Part shown: positions 1-9,086 of the stretch, in pieces | How positions within the stretch are numbered: the first letter of the stretch is position 1 | How the letters are laid out: each line of letters opens with the position of its first letter | Origin: Bacteroidia bacterium | GTDB lineage: Bacteria; Bacteroidota; Bacteroidia; M30B66 | Assembly (NCBI GenBank): GCA_965279035.1 | Contig: OZ257142.1 | Span: 1,920,001-1,984,000 of the forward strand | DNA: 64,000 nt | Direction: 5' to 3' | Position numbers and translations under genes: made by a program | Notes under the pieces: generated by a model | Told to the model about the DNA's origin: nothing | Seen by the model: only the letters and a program-made list of their open reading frames with translations | Databases searched by the model: none

Positions 1-66
1 TGAAGGGGAGGTTAATCCCTTTTTAAAAATGATGGTAGAGAAACCCTTGAGTAATTTTTTCAACAT
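1..66 (-). CDS. Possible 5' end of a gene running off the left edge
   Basis: ATG at 66 on the minus strand opens MLKKLLKGFSTIIFKKGLTSPS with no stop before position 1; divergent from the 239 gene. Too short to identify. Confidence 0.3.
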   Translation of the reverse strand, partial: MLKKLLKGFSTIIFKKGLTSPS

Positions 67-238
67 GCTTTTGGACGGTTTAAGTCGTCAATTCTAAGCA
101 AATACGGGGTTTTAAATAACTTCTGAACAAACAGATCCAAAGAGCAAATATGCATTTGTTAAATTCTGTTAAAATAATCTTTGGTAATTCGGAAAAATCA
201 GGGCAAATTTGCACCCAACTATATTTTAACCCACACTC

Positions 239-715
239 ATGAAAAACACACTAAAGTTTGCTGCTGTCGCTTTGATCGCAGTATTCGTTGTTGCCTGTTC
301 AGGCGGAAATGGTCCTGAAACTAACGCAAAAGCATATTTAGATGCTTTGAATGCTGAAGATTTCGACAAAGCAAAAGAATTTGCTACTGAAGACACAAAA
401 GGAATGCTTGATTTCATGAAGCAAATCGCTACTATGGGCGGTGAGAAGAAAGAAGCAAAAGAGAAAAAAGAAATTAAAGATTTGAAATGTACAGTTGAAG
501 GTGACACTACAGCTACATGTACTTACATGGCTGGTGACAAAGAAGAAAAACTGAACATGAAAAAATCAGGAGAAAAATGGTTAGTTCATCAACCAAAAGA
601 AAACCCAATGGGTGGTGGTGAAGAAGGTGGAGCAATGGAAGGTGATGCAGGAACAACAGATACTTCTGCTACTGCACCTGCTGCTGAACCAGCTCCAGCT
701 GCTGAACAACACTAA
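239..715 (+). CDS. DUF4878-like lipoprotein
   Basis: Lipobox VVAC-S; 'PETNAKAYLDALNAEDFDKAKEFAT' and 'KKSGEKWLV' match the NTF2-like DUF4878 pattern; low-complexity G/E/T/A/P tail. Confidence 0.75.
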   Translation: MKNTLKFAAVALIAVFVVACSGGNGPETNAKAYLDALNAEDFDKAKEFATEDTKGMLDFMKQIATMGGEKKEAKEKKEIKDLKCTVEGDTTATCTYMAGDKEEKLNMKKSGEKWLVHQPKENPMGGGEEGGAMEGDAGTTDTSATAPAAEPAPAAEQH

Positions 716-735
716 AATAAAACTTCCGTAACGGC

Positions 736-1380
736 ATGCGCAGGTTTCGGAAGATTTTACTTTTTACAATTGCCCTTTTTCTTGTAGGCGTAGGTTTTAT
801 CTTGTATAAAGCCTTTTGGGATCCTGAAAATACCAAACAGGTATATTATCCCATGAGCCAGCAGGAAAAAGGGCTTTTGCATGAAGGAGATATTATCCTT
901 CGTCGCGGATATGGAATGTTTTCCGATGGCATTGTTGAAGTTCAAAACAGTCCAGCCGCAGTTTCTCATTGTGCTATGATTATTGGCGAAGCTCCCAAAT
1001 GGCGTGTTGCGCATGCATTATCCAGTTCTGTTGCTTCAATTGATGGAGCACAAGAACAAAGTCTTCAACGTTTTCTTAATGAAAGTGTACCCAATAGCAT
1101 AATCGTAAAACGATTCAAAACAAGTCCCGATACACTAGCTATGATTGTGAATCGGGTTAAGTATTATGCTTCTATTCACAAACCTTTCGATCACAACTTC
1201 GATAAGGTGGATACAACAAAATTTTATTGTACCGAATTATTTCAACATTGCTTTCAAGATATTCTTCACAAAGACATTTTTTCGGGACAATTAGATACCA
1301 ATACAACGGGTATTTATGACCTCAGTACCTTTCAAGATACCTTACTTTTTGAAACAATTATTGATCATCATAAACGCTAA
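736..1380 (+). CDS. Permuted papain-like NlpC/P60 (YiiX/YebB-like) amidase, membrane-anchored
   Basis: N-terminal TM helix; 'LHEGDIILRRG', His in 'VSHCAM' before Cys in 'FYCTEL' (permuted order); 'PFDHNFD'. Confidence 0.8.
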   Translation: MRRFRKILLFTIALFLVGVGFILYKAFWDPENTKQVYYPMSQQEKGLLHEGDIILRRGYGMFSDGIVEVQNSPAAVSHCAMIIGEAPKWRVAHALSSSVASIDGAQEQSLQRFLNESVPNSIIVKRFKTSPDTLAMIVNRVKYYASIHKPFDHNFDKVDTTKFYCTELFQHCFQDILHKDIFSGQLDTNTTGIYDLSTFQDTLLFETIIDHHKR

Positions 1381-1456
1381 TCGTTAAATTTCACACAAAC
1401 CTGCTTTTCATCCGTAGCATTTGTCCTATATTCGAAACCGGAAACAGGAAATGCAC

Positions 1457-2476
1457 ATGAAAAAAGTAATTGCTACCAGTCTTTTATTACTGGGAATGCT
1501 ATCCCTTGATGCTCAGACCGAAGCAGCTATAGCAGCTTACAATCAAGGAATCAGCGAATACAACCTCAAAGATTTTCAATCAGCTGTTGCAAGTTTTGAT
1601 AAGGCAATTCTCGCCGATTCAACCTTTGGAAAAGCTTGGTTCAATCGTGCGGTATGTAAAGTTGACTTGAAGAATTATTCAGGTGCCGTTACTGATTATG
1701 CAAAATCGATGGTTTTAGAAGGAGAAAATGCTAAAACGTCTTACTTTATCGCCCAAGCTCGATTTTTAAATAACGATAAAGAAGGAGCATTAGCAGATTT
1801 TAAGAAAGCAAGTCAATTAGATCCTCAAAATGCAGAAGCTTATTTTTATGCTGGAGGAATTCTTTTCGAAAACGGAGATTATAATGCTGCGGTAGATTTA
1901 TTTACTTCTGCAATTAAAGCTCGTAACGATTATGCCGATGCATACAACGACCGTGGTAGTGCTAAATTAAAACTGGAAGATATTAAAGGAGCTATTGAAG
2001 ATTATCGCATGGCAACTAAAATGAATCCGAAATTAGTAGTTGCTTACAATAATTTGGCAGCTGCGCTCCGTCAATCGGGAGATCTTCAAGGAGCTTTGGT
2101 AGAATTTAATTATTCCATTTTAGCTGACCCTAACATGAGTACTTCTTATGTAAAACGTGGCCGTTTAAAAATGGAAATGAGCGATTTAGAAGGAGCTATG
2201 AGTGATTTTAACAAAGCAATTCAAGTAAATCCCAAAGATCAATACGCACTCAATAATCGAGGTTGTTTGAAAAATAAATTACACGATTATGCAGGAGCAA
2301 TTGCAGATTTAGATCAGGCTATTCGATTAAATCCTTCTTATGGTTATGCTTATTTAAATCGTGGAATTGCAAAAGAAAATATGAGAGATTTAACAGGAGC
2401 TTGCAAAGATTGGTCTGAGGCTGCTCAAAATGGAATTGATGCCGCCAAACAATTTGTAGATACAGAATGCAACTGA
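1457..2476 (+). CDS. Exported tetratricopeptide repeat protein
   Basis: Signal peptide MKKVIATSLLLLGMLSLDAQ; about 9 TPRs (AYNDRGSAKLKLEDIKGAIEDY etc.); C-terminal 'GACKDW...C'. Start placed at ATG 1457 (ORF track 1421). Confidence 0.88.
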   Translation: MKKVIATSLLLLGMLSLDAQTEAAIAAYNQGISEYNLKDFQSAVASFDKAILADSTFGKAWFNRAVCKVDLKNYSGAVTDYAKSMVLEGENAKTSYFIAQARFLNNDKEGALADFKKASQLDPQNAEAYFYAGGILFENGDYNAAVDLFTSAIKARNDYADAYNDRGSAKLKLEDIKGAIEDYRMATKMNPKLVVAYNNLAAALRQSGDLQGALVEFNYSILADPNMSTSYVKRGRLKMEMSDLEGAMSDFNKAIQVNPKDQYALNNRGCLKNKLHDYAGAIADLDQAIRLNPSYGYAYLNRGIAKENMRDLTGACKDWSEAAQNGIDAAKQFVDTECN

Positions 2477-2484
2477 TTATAGCC

Positions 2485-4560
2485 ATGAAGAAACGTATAC
2501 TCTTTTTTCTTTTTTTGCTACCAGTTATTCTGAGTGCGCAACAAAATGTAGAGTTCACCAAAGCGAATTTTCCCGACAATAAAGCCGGGCTAAAAGAAGC
2601 TCAAAAGAATATCGAAACAGGAGATAGTTATTATCTCGCAGCCGATTATTTGAAATACCTAGCGGTAGATTTTTATGTAAAAGCCAATAATTTCAATCCG
2701 AATAATGCTTTATTAAATTTTCGATTAGGACATTCCTATTTGTTTTCTCCTAATAAATACAAAGCCCTCGATTTTTTAAAGAAAGCATATCAAATGAATC
2801 CGGCTATTGATCCGGAAATCACCTTTTACCTTGGTGAAGCGTATCATTTAAATCATGATTTTGATAATGCCATCAAATTCTACACGCTTTACAAAACAAC
2901 CGCAACAAAAAAACAAGGTTTTGATCCTGATAAACGTATCACAGAATGTAACGAAGGCAAAATTTTAGTTGCCAACCCTGTTCGTGTTATGATTGAGAAT
3001 TTGGGACCTGTTGTTAATTCAAAATATCGTGAATATGCCGCTGTGATTACTGCCGATGAATCGGTGATGTTGTTTACTTCACGTCGTGATAATACTACAG
3101 GGCAAGCGATTGCCGAAGATGGGATGTTTTATGAAGACATCCTTTCAACTACCAAACAAAATAAAGCCTGGACACCTCCTGTTAATCTACCTGCTCCAGT
3201 TAACACGAAACTACACGACGCAACCATTGCCCTTTCGGCCGATGGACAAAAGTTGTTTATCTACACCGATGAAAATGAAGGAGATGTGCTCCTTTCTCGT
3301 CTCGAAGGAGATAAGTGGTCGAAACCAGAACCAGCCGGTGGAAATGCAATCAATACGCGTTATGCAGAAGTGCATGCTTGTTATTCGTACGATGAAAAAT
3401 CGATCTACTTTGTAAGTAATAAACCCGATGATAATTTTGGTGGTTTTGACATTTACGTAACACGCCAAGATGCGAATGGAAAATGGCAAAAGCCCGAAAA
3501 TCTTGGTCCAACAATCAATACTATTTACGACGAAGAAGGAGTGTATATGCATCCCGATGGGAAAACCATGTATTTCAGCTCAAAAGGACATCGTACTATG
3601 GGCAGTTATGATATTTTCCGAAGTGTATTTGAAGATGGAAAATGGTCTGAACCTGAAAATGTAGGTTACCCAATTAACTCAGCAGATAAGGATGCATTTT
3701 TCGTGGTTTCGGCATCAGGAAAACACGGATATTATTCTTCGGCAAGAATGGATGCCATTGGAGAAACTGATATCTACATGATTACGCTTTTAGGACCTGA
3801 AAAAGAACCAGTTCTCAATGTGGAAGATCAATTATTATTGAGTAGAACATTAAAATCAGATCTTCAATCAATTGCTGAAGCTCGAACTGAATTAGTTGTT
3901 GCTGCAAAAGCAGATAAAAATAAATTCCGGTCCGAAGTAACCATCTTAAAAGGAACTGTTGTTGATGCCTTGGATAAACATCCTTTAAATGCCATTATCG
4001 TTATTACTGACAACGAAAAAAATACGATCGTTTCGACGTTTCAAGCGAATTCCAAAACAGGACAATACTTAGTTTCTCTCCCTTCGGGTAAGAATTATGG
4101 AATTGCAGTTACTATGGATGATTATTTATTCCATTCCGAAAATGTTGACTTGCCAAAATCAACAGCTTACCAAGAAATAACCAAGGACATTGAATTAAGT
4201 AAACTCGAGATTGGAAAGAAAATCGTACTCCGAAATATCTTCTATGATTTCGATAAAGCCACACTTCGAACTGGTTCAATGGCAGAGCTTGATCGATTGG
4301 CTAAACTATTAGAACAAAATCCTAAAATCCGTATCGAAATTTCAAGTCACACCGATAATGTTGGTTCGGCTGCTTACAATCAAAAACTATCTACAAACAG
4401 AGCACTTTCTGTTGTCAATTATTTGGTAGATAAAAAAGGCATCAAGAAAGATCGTTTGGAATTTAAAGGATATGGTTTTGACGATCCAATTGCACCGAAT
4501 GATACTGATCAAGGACGACAATTAAATCGACGAACAGAATTCAAGATTCTTTCAAAATAA
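2485..4560 (+). CDS. OmpA-family protein with TPR, PD40 propeller and carboxypeptidase-regulatory-like domains (PorE-like architecture)
   Basis: TPRs, PD40 repeats (NLGPVVNSKYREY, NLGPTINT, NVGYPINS), OmpA C-terminus (NIFYDFDKATL, SHTDNVGS, NQKLSTNRA, NRRTEF). Start at ATG 2485. Confidence 0.9.
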   Translation: MKKRILFFLFLLPVILSAQQNVEFTKANFPDNKAGLKEAQKNIETGDSYYLAADYLKYLAVDFYVKANNFNPNNALLNFRLGHSYLFSPNKYKALDFLKKAYQMNPAIDPEITFYLGEAYHLNHDFDNAIKFYTLYKTTATKKQGFDPDKRITECNEGKILVANPVRVMIENLGPVVNSKYREYAAVITADESVMLFTSRRDNTTGQAIAEDGMFYEDILSTTKQNKAWTPPVNLPAPVNTKLHDATIALSADGQKLFIYTDENEGDVLLSRLEGDKWSKPEPAGGNAINTRYAEVHACYSYDEKSIYFVSNKPDDNFGGFDIYVTRQDANGKWQKPENLGPTINTIYDEEGVYMHPDGKTMYFSSKGHRTMGSYDIFRSVFEDGKWSEPENVGYPINSADKDAFFVVSASGKHGYYSSARMDAIGETDIYMITLLGPEKEPVLNVEDQLLLSRTLKSDLQSIAEARTELVVAAKADKNKFRSEVTILKGTVVDALDKHPLNAIIVITDNEKNTIVSTFQANSKTGQYLVSLPSGKNYGIAVTMDDYLFHSENVDLPKSTAYQEITKDIELSKLEIGKKIVLRNIFYDFDKATLRTGSMAELDRLAKLLEQNPKIRIEISSHTDNVGSAAYNQKLSTNRALSVVNYLVDKKGIKKDRLEFKGYGFDDPIAPNDTDQGRQLNRRTEFKILSK

Positions 4561-4575
4561 TTTCAATATTCAATT

Positions 4576-4613
4576 ACCGGGAATGAAGCTGAATCTTTGT
4601 TCCCGGTTTTTTT
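4576..4613 (+). terminator. Intrinsic terminator-like hairpin
   Basis: ACCGGGAA...TTCCCGGT followed by a T run, directly after the OmpA gene and abutting the next ATG. Confidence 0.6.
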
Positions 4614-5276
4614 ATGATTCAAATTCGCGAAACATCCGACGGCAGTCAAACGCTTTTTAGTGAAGAGCTCAATGAAACGTATCATTCAACACATGGTGCT
4701 GTTCAGGAGTCGATGCACGTATTTATTGAAAATGGATACAAACTAAAATCGAAAGAGAAAAATCACATTCATATTCTCGAAATTGGCTTTGGAACTGGCT
4801 TGAACGCATTGCTATGTTTAAGAGAAACAGGTATAAATCCTGAATTGAAAATTGATTATTTGAGTTTGGAACCATTTCCCATATCAGAAGCTATATATTC
4901 ACAACTACACTATGGAAATGCTTTAGAACAAGAGCAATTCCTTCAAATGCATCAGGTTGAATCTGGTAAAAAAATCGACCTAAACAATCAATTCTCATTT
5001 ACACGTTTGGAAATAGGAATTGAGGAATTTATTTCAGAACCAACATTTGATTTGGTTTTTTATGATGCGTTTGGACCACCAACACAACCGGAACTTTGGA
5101 CAACTGATATCATTAAGCGAAGCACTTCTGTACTTGTGGAAAATGGTATTTGGGTTAGCTATTGTGCAAAAGGAGATGTGCGGAGAAGCTTGATTTCGCT
5201 CGGCTTGGAAGTGAAACGCATCCCTGGGCCACCTGGAAAAAGACATATGCTATTTGCCCAAAAAGTAAAGGTGTAA
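4614..5276 (+). CDS. mnmD: Stand-alone MnmC methyltransferase domain (MnmD-type tRNA mnm5s2U34 methyltransferase)
   Basis: 'TSDGSQTL', 'YHSTHGAVQESMHVF', SAM motif 'ILEIGFGTGLN', 'FYDAFGP...PELW', 'PGPPGKRHM'. Confidence 0.85.
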   Translation: MIQIRETSDGSQTLFSEELNETYHSTHGAVQESMHVFIENGYKLKSKEKNHIHILEIGFGTGLNALLCLRETGINPELKIDYLSLEPFPISEAIYSQLHYGNALEQEQFLQMHQVESGKKIDLNNQFSFTRLEIGIEEFISEPTFDLVFYDAFGPPTQPELWTTDIIKRSTSVLVENGIWVSYCAKGDVRRSLISLGLEVKRIPGPPGKRHMLFAQKVKV

Positions 5277-5306
5277 ATTCCTAAATTGCAGCACTAAATT
5301 CAAACA

Positions 5307-5768
5307 ATGAAAAAAACGCTCTCAATCTTGATTCTACTCGTTTTCGGTGCAGTTCAAGGAAATGCTCAAAAGGCAGAATATTTTGGTAAGAAAATAAATA
5401 AAGACGGTGCTATTACTACCGAAGAATTTCAAAAACAAATTCAAGGGAAAGATTCACTTCTTGTAAAAATCGAAGCTCCAATTAACGAAGCTTGTCAGAA
5501 AAAAGGTTGCTGGATGAATGTTGATTTAGGTGGTGGAAAAGAAATGATGGTTCGTTTTAAGGATTATGGATTTTTTGTTCCAAAAGATTGTAATGGAAAA
5601 ACAGCCGTTATGAATGGCATAGCTTACAAAGAAGTTGTAAGCGTTGAAATGCTTCGTCATTATGCCGAAGATGCGGGTAAATCGAAAGAAGAAATTATGA
5701 AAATCACTCAACCCGAAACACGTTTATCTTTCGAAGCAGATGGTGTAATTATTTACGCCAAGAAATAA
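5307..5768 (+). CDS. DUF4920 exported protein
   Basis: Signal peptide; 'CQKKGCWM', 'VRFKDYGFFVP', 'LRHYAEDAGKS', 'FEADGV'. Confidence 0.85.
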   Translation: MKKTLSILILLVFGAVQGNAQKAEYFGKKINKDGAITTEEFQKQIQGKDSLLVKIEAPINEACQKKGCWMNVDLGGGKEMMVRFKDYGFFVPKDCNGKTAVMNGIAYKEVVSVEMLRHYAEDAGKSKEEIMKITQPETRLSFEADGVIIYAKK

Positions 5769-5772
5769 TTCA

Positions 5773-6168
5773 ATGAAGCGATTTGTCCTTTTTCTTTCGA
5801 TTGTATTTGCTGGATTCATAAGTATTTCGGCTATTCATCAAACACAAAGTCCGCTCAGTAAACTAATGCGTACGATGGCTGATGACATGAAAAAAGCCAG
5901 AGTTACTGTTATTGAAGGAAAAAAGCCAAAGAATTTCGGAAAGCATTATGATAAAATCTACACGGCAAAACCGAGTAGTGAATCGAAAAAAGGAGAGAAT
6001 TTCAAAGAATATGCAACGCTATTTCTTGCTCAAATGGATCGAATGAAAGTAGCTACTGCAGAAGATGCTAAAACCGAATACAATGCTTTAGCAAAGACCT
6101 GCATTCGATGTCACGAAAGCTATTGCCCCGGACCGATTAGCATGTTGCGAAAACTCAATATTCCTTAA
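5773..6168 (+). CDS. Small helical c-type cytochrome (class II / cytochrome c'-like)
   Basis: Signal peptide; helical body; CxxCH heme motif 'CIRCH' near the C-terminus. Confidence 0.7.
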   Translation: MKRFVLFLSIVFAGFISISAIHQTQSPLSKLMRTMADDMKKARVTVIEGKKPKNFGKHYDKIYTAKPSSESKKGENFKEYATLFLAQMDRMKVATAEDAKTEYNALAKTCIRCHESYCPGPISMLRKLNIP

Positions 6169-6173
6169 AATAT

Positions 6174-6209
6174 AAAAGCCCTGAAAGCAATTTTCAGGGC
6201 TTTTTTTTT
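6174..6209. terminator. Bidirectional intrinsic terminator
   Basis: AAAAGCCCTGAAA-GCAAT-TTTCAGGGCTTTT between convergent genes. Confidence 0.85.
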
Positions 6210-7896
6210 AATCAGGTTGAAGTCCCAATTTCTGCCTTAAAATTCCAAAGGAAGGATTTCGTTCTTCCATTGCTTTTAATTTTTCTTCAGCAGTATAAGG
6301 GCGAAATGTTTTTGTTGATTCAGATTTATCTAAAATAAAATCAAGCGAATAATTACGAAGTTCTTTTCTTAAAAAGCCTACTAAATTTGGTTTTTCGAGT
6401 TCGAGTTCACGTAATTGACTATCGTTATGAACTTGATATTTAACTTTATAATTCTCTGCCAATTCAGGTTCACTTAAGGTAAGTGTTCCAAGCATTGCTT
6501 TTCTTCCTTCTACAAGCAATTGATCACAATACGATTTCCAAACTCTTTTTAAATCATTCAATTCGAAATGCTGATTAGGGATTTCTTCGGTCACTGAATG
6601 TGTGACTTCAACCTGTTTTTTTTCTTGATCAGCAGTATTGCCCTTTTTTAAATGTTGATTGATTGAAACCGTCCTCAAAGGAGCATTTCCTCTGAAATTT
6701 AATACTGGTTTCTTTTCTATTTCAGGAACTGGAATGTTTGGAATTACTGGCGTTGATGGAATTGAACTCCTTATTTCAGGATTTTTTTTTTCTTCGGGAG
6801 AAACTTGAATCATACTCAATTGGAGCAATGCCAATTCAATATTCAAACGTTGATTTTTACTCATTCGTAAATTCTGTTCTGTCTTACTTAACAGATCAAG
6901 TGCACGAATTAATTCTACCGGAGAACATTGCTGACTCTGAGTTTGATATCTACTTTTAATTCCAGCACTTACTTCCAAAAGAGGTAGTGTAACAGCATCT
7001 TGACAAACCAATAAATTCCGAAAATGCTCCGCTAATCCTGAAATGAGATTGGATCCTTCAAAACCTTTTTCTAAAACGGTGTTGAATAACAGAAGAGCTT
7101 CAGAATATCTTCCTGCCCATAAATCTTCAGTTAGACGAAAGTAATATTCATAATCTAGGACATTCAAATTTTCGATTGCTCGATCGTAAGTAATGCTGGT
7201 TCCGCCTGAGAAACTAACAATTTGGTCGAACATCGATAAGGCATCACGTAAGCCTCCATCAGCTTTTTGAGCAATGACGTGCAATGCATCCGGATCTGCT
7301 TCAATTTTTTCGCTTTTAGCAACAAAGGCTAAATGGTTTGCGATATCATCAACCTTAATTCGGTTGAACGTAAAAACCTGGCAACGTGAAAGTATCGTTG
7401 GTAAAATTTTATGACGCTCCGTAGTTGCTAGAATGAAAATAGCATGTGCTGGCGGTTCTTCTAGCGTTTTGAGAAAGGCATTGAATGCAGCCGAACTAAG
7501 CATATGAACCTCATCAATAATATAGATGGAATATTTTCCAACTTGAGGTGCAAAGCGAACCTGATCAATCAATGCACGAATATCATCCACCGAATTATTC
7601 GATGCAGCATCTAATTCATGAATATTAAAGGAAGCGTTTTGATTAAAGGAAGTGCAACTCTCACAAGCATTACAGGGTTCTGTATCGGCTGATAAATTGA
7701 AGCAGTTGATGGTTTTAGCTAATATCCTTGCACAGGTCGTTTTTCCAACTCCTCTCGGCCCACAAAAAAGAAATGCTTGAGCTAACTGATTAATTCGAAT
7801 CGCATTCTTTAACGTACTTGTAATAGTCTCTTGTCCAACTACCGAATGAAAGGTGACTGGACGATATTTTCTCGCGGAGACGATGAAGTTTTCCAT
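6208..7896 (-). CDS. dnaX: DNA polymerase III subunit gamma/tau
   Basis: 'SARKYRP', Walker A 'GPRGVGKTT', Zn motif 'PCNACESC', 'ELDAASNNSVDDIR', 'IIDEVHML', 'TILSRCQ', 'GGLRDALS'. Start at ATG 7896. Confidence 0.97.
   Translation of the reverse strand: MENFIVSARKYRPVTFHSVVGQETITSTLKNAIRINQLAQAFLFCGPRGVGKTTCARILAKTINCFNLSADTEPCNACESCTSFNQNASFNIHELDAASNNSVDDIRALIDQVRFAPQVGKYSIYIIDEVHMLSSAAFNAFLKTLEEPPAHAIFILATTERHKILPTILSRCQVFTFNRIKVDDIANHLAFVAKSEKIEADPDALHVIAQKADGGLRDALSMFDQIVSFSGGTSITYDRAIENLNVLDYEYYFRLTEDLWAGRYSEALLLFNTVLEKGFEGSNLISGLAEHFRNLLVCQDAVTLPLLEVSAGIKSRYQTQSQQCSPVELIRALDLLSKTEQNLRMSKNQRLNIELALLQLSMIQVSPEEKKNPEIRSSIPSTPVIPNIPVPEIEKKPVLNFRGNAPLRTVSINQHLKKGNTADQEKKQVEVTHSVTEEIPNQHFELNDLKRVWKSYCDQLLVEGRKAMLGTLTLSEPELAENYKVKYQVHNDSQLRELELEKPNLVGFLRKELRNYSLDFILDKSESTKTFRPYTAEEKLKAMEERNPSFGILRQKLGLQPD
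6782..6791 (-). other. A10 slippery run in dnaX (candidate transcriptional slippage / frameshift site)
   Basis: Coding strand reads GAA GAA AAA AAA AAT CCT GAA ATA AGG at about codon 370; both shifted frames stop within a few codons. Confidence 0.7.
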
Positions 7897-7899
7897 GTA

Positions 7900-7907
7900 C
7901 AAATATA
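7900..7907 (-). promoter_or_regulatory. Bacteroidota sigma-70 -7 box for dnaX
   Basis: TATATTTG (TAnnTTTG) on the minus strand, 3 nt before the ATG. Confidence 0.65.
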
Positions 7908-8017
7908 ACCCGATGGATTCCCTGTTCCGAGGATGTTAACATCTTTTGAAAATATCGCTTTGATGCAGATTTAGCTATAACACAAGAATGAAAAATGGAT
8001 AAAATGTTGAAGTAATT

Positions 8018-8025
8018 TATATTTG
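8018..8025 (+). promoter_or_regulatory. -7 box for the cupredoxin gene
   Basis: TATATTTG upstream of ATG 8081. Confidence 0.55.
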
Positions 8026-8080
8026 AAATTCAGAAAACAATCAAGCATTCAAATTGTCTCTTAGGAAACAATTCTACATC

Positions 8081-8581
8081 ATGAAAAAAATCCTCGCATT
8101 CGTATTGCCTTTTGGAATTCTATTTTCTTCGTGCGGTGATTCAACGAAGCCTGTTGAAACACCCAAAGCCGATACGAGTTCAGTCAAAACTCCAACTACT
8201 CCCGGAGAGGCAAAAATTACCATTACCGTTACTGGTTCTAGCATGGCTGATATGGCGTATGAACCAACATCGACTTCTGTAAAAGCGGGCGATAACGTAA
8301 CACTCACATTAATTAATACCAACACAATGGAAGGAATGATTCATAATTGGGTGCTGGTAAAATTGGGGACAGGACAAGAAGTAGCAACAGCGGCAATTGC
8401 TGCAGGAATGGATAAAGGATATATTCCCGAAAATCCCAACGTGATTGCGGCATCTCCATTAGCTAAACCTAAAGAAACCGTAAGCTTTACTTTTACAGCT
8501 CCTGCTGCAGGTTCGTATAATTACATCTGCACTTTTCCAGGGCATTTTCCAAAAATGTTGGGGAAATTAATTGTTGAATAA
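8081..8581 (+). CDS. Azurin/auracyanin-like blue copper lipoprotein
   Basis: Lipobox FSSC; P/T linker; type 1 copper ligands 'HNWV' and 'YICTFPGHFPKM'. Start at ATG 8081. Confidence 0.88.
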   Translation: MKKILAFVLPFGILFSSCGDSTKPVETPKADTSSVKTPTTPGEAKITITVTGSSMADMAYEPTSTSVKAGDNVTLTLINTNTMEGMIHNWVLVKLGTGQEVATAAIAAGMDKGYIPENPNVIAASPLAKPKETVSFTFTAPAAGSYNYICTFPGHFPKMLGKLIVE

Positions 8582-8590
8582 AGAAAATTT

Positions 8591-8624
8591 GCGCGGCTTG
8601 AAGCATATTCTTAGCCGCGCTTTT
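8591..8624 (+). terminator. Intrinsic terminator
   Basis: GCGCGGCT...AGCCGCGC followed by TTTT. Confidence 0.7.
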
Positions 8625-8689
8625 ATCTAATCAACAACAGATCTCTGACAACTTTTTAAATTAATACATTGGATTTATTTCTGACTAGT

Positions 8690-8697
8690 TACTTTTG
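8690..8697 (+). promoter_or_regulatory. -7 box for ftsB
   Basis: TACTTTTG 5 nt before ATG 8703. Confidence 0.55.
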
Positions 8698-8702
8698 GAA
8701 TT

Positions 8703-9026
8703 ATGAATCCGATTAGCAATGTCGTACAACGTTTTCCTGTTCTTGGAAATAAGTATTTTCTAGTCATTGCTGGATTTTTAATTTGGATTTTATTCTTTGA
8801 TTCTAATAGCCTCATATCACAATACGAAGACAGGCAAGTATTGTACGAATTGAAAAAGGAGAAGCGATACTATCAAGAAGAAATTAGTAAAACACAAGAA
8901 CAGCTTAATGAATTGAAAACAGACAACCGTAGCCTCGAGAAATTTGCACGGGAGAAATATAAAATGAAAAAGGATAACGAGGAAATCTGGTTAGTTGTTG
9001 ATAAAACACCTAAGACGAAGGAATAA
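8703..9026 (+). CDS. ftsB: Septum formation initiator (FtsB/DivIC family)
   Basis: 'NKYFL..W.LFFDSNS' TM segment, coiled coil, 'LEKFAREKYKMKKDNE'. Confidence 0.85.
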   Translation: MNPISNVVQRFPVLGNKYFLVIAGFLIWILFFDSNSLISQYEDRQVLYELKKEKRYYQEEISKTQEQLNELKTDNRSLEKFAREKYKMKKDNEEIWLVVDKTPKTKE

Positions 9027-9086
9027 GAAATTCACGATTCATAAGGGAAACGATTTTATTACTTTTGTTCTCCTACCTGAACGCCC

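Noticed and set aside
9027-9086. Cobalamin riboswitch before the mutase genes
   Set aside because: The gap is only 60 bp and has no B12-box.
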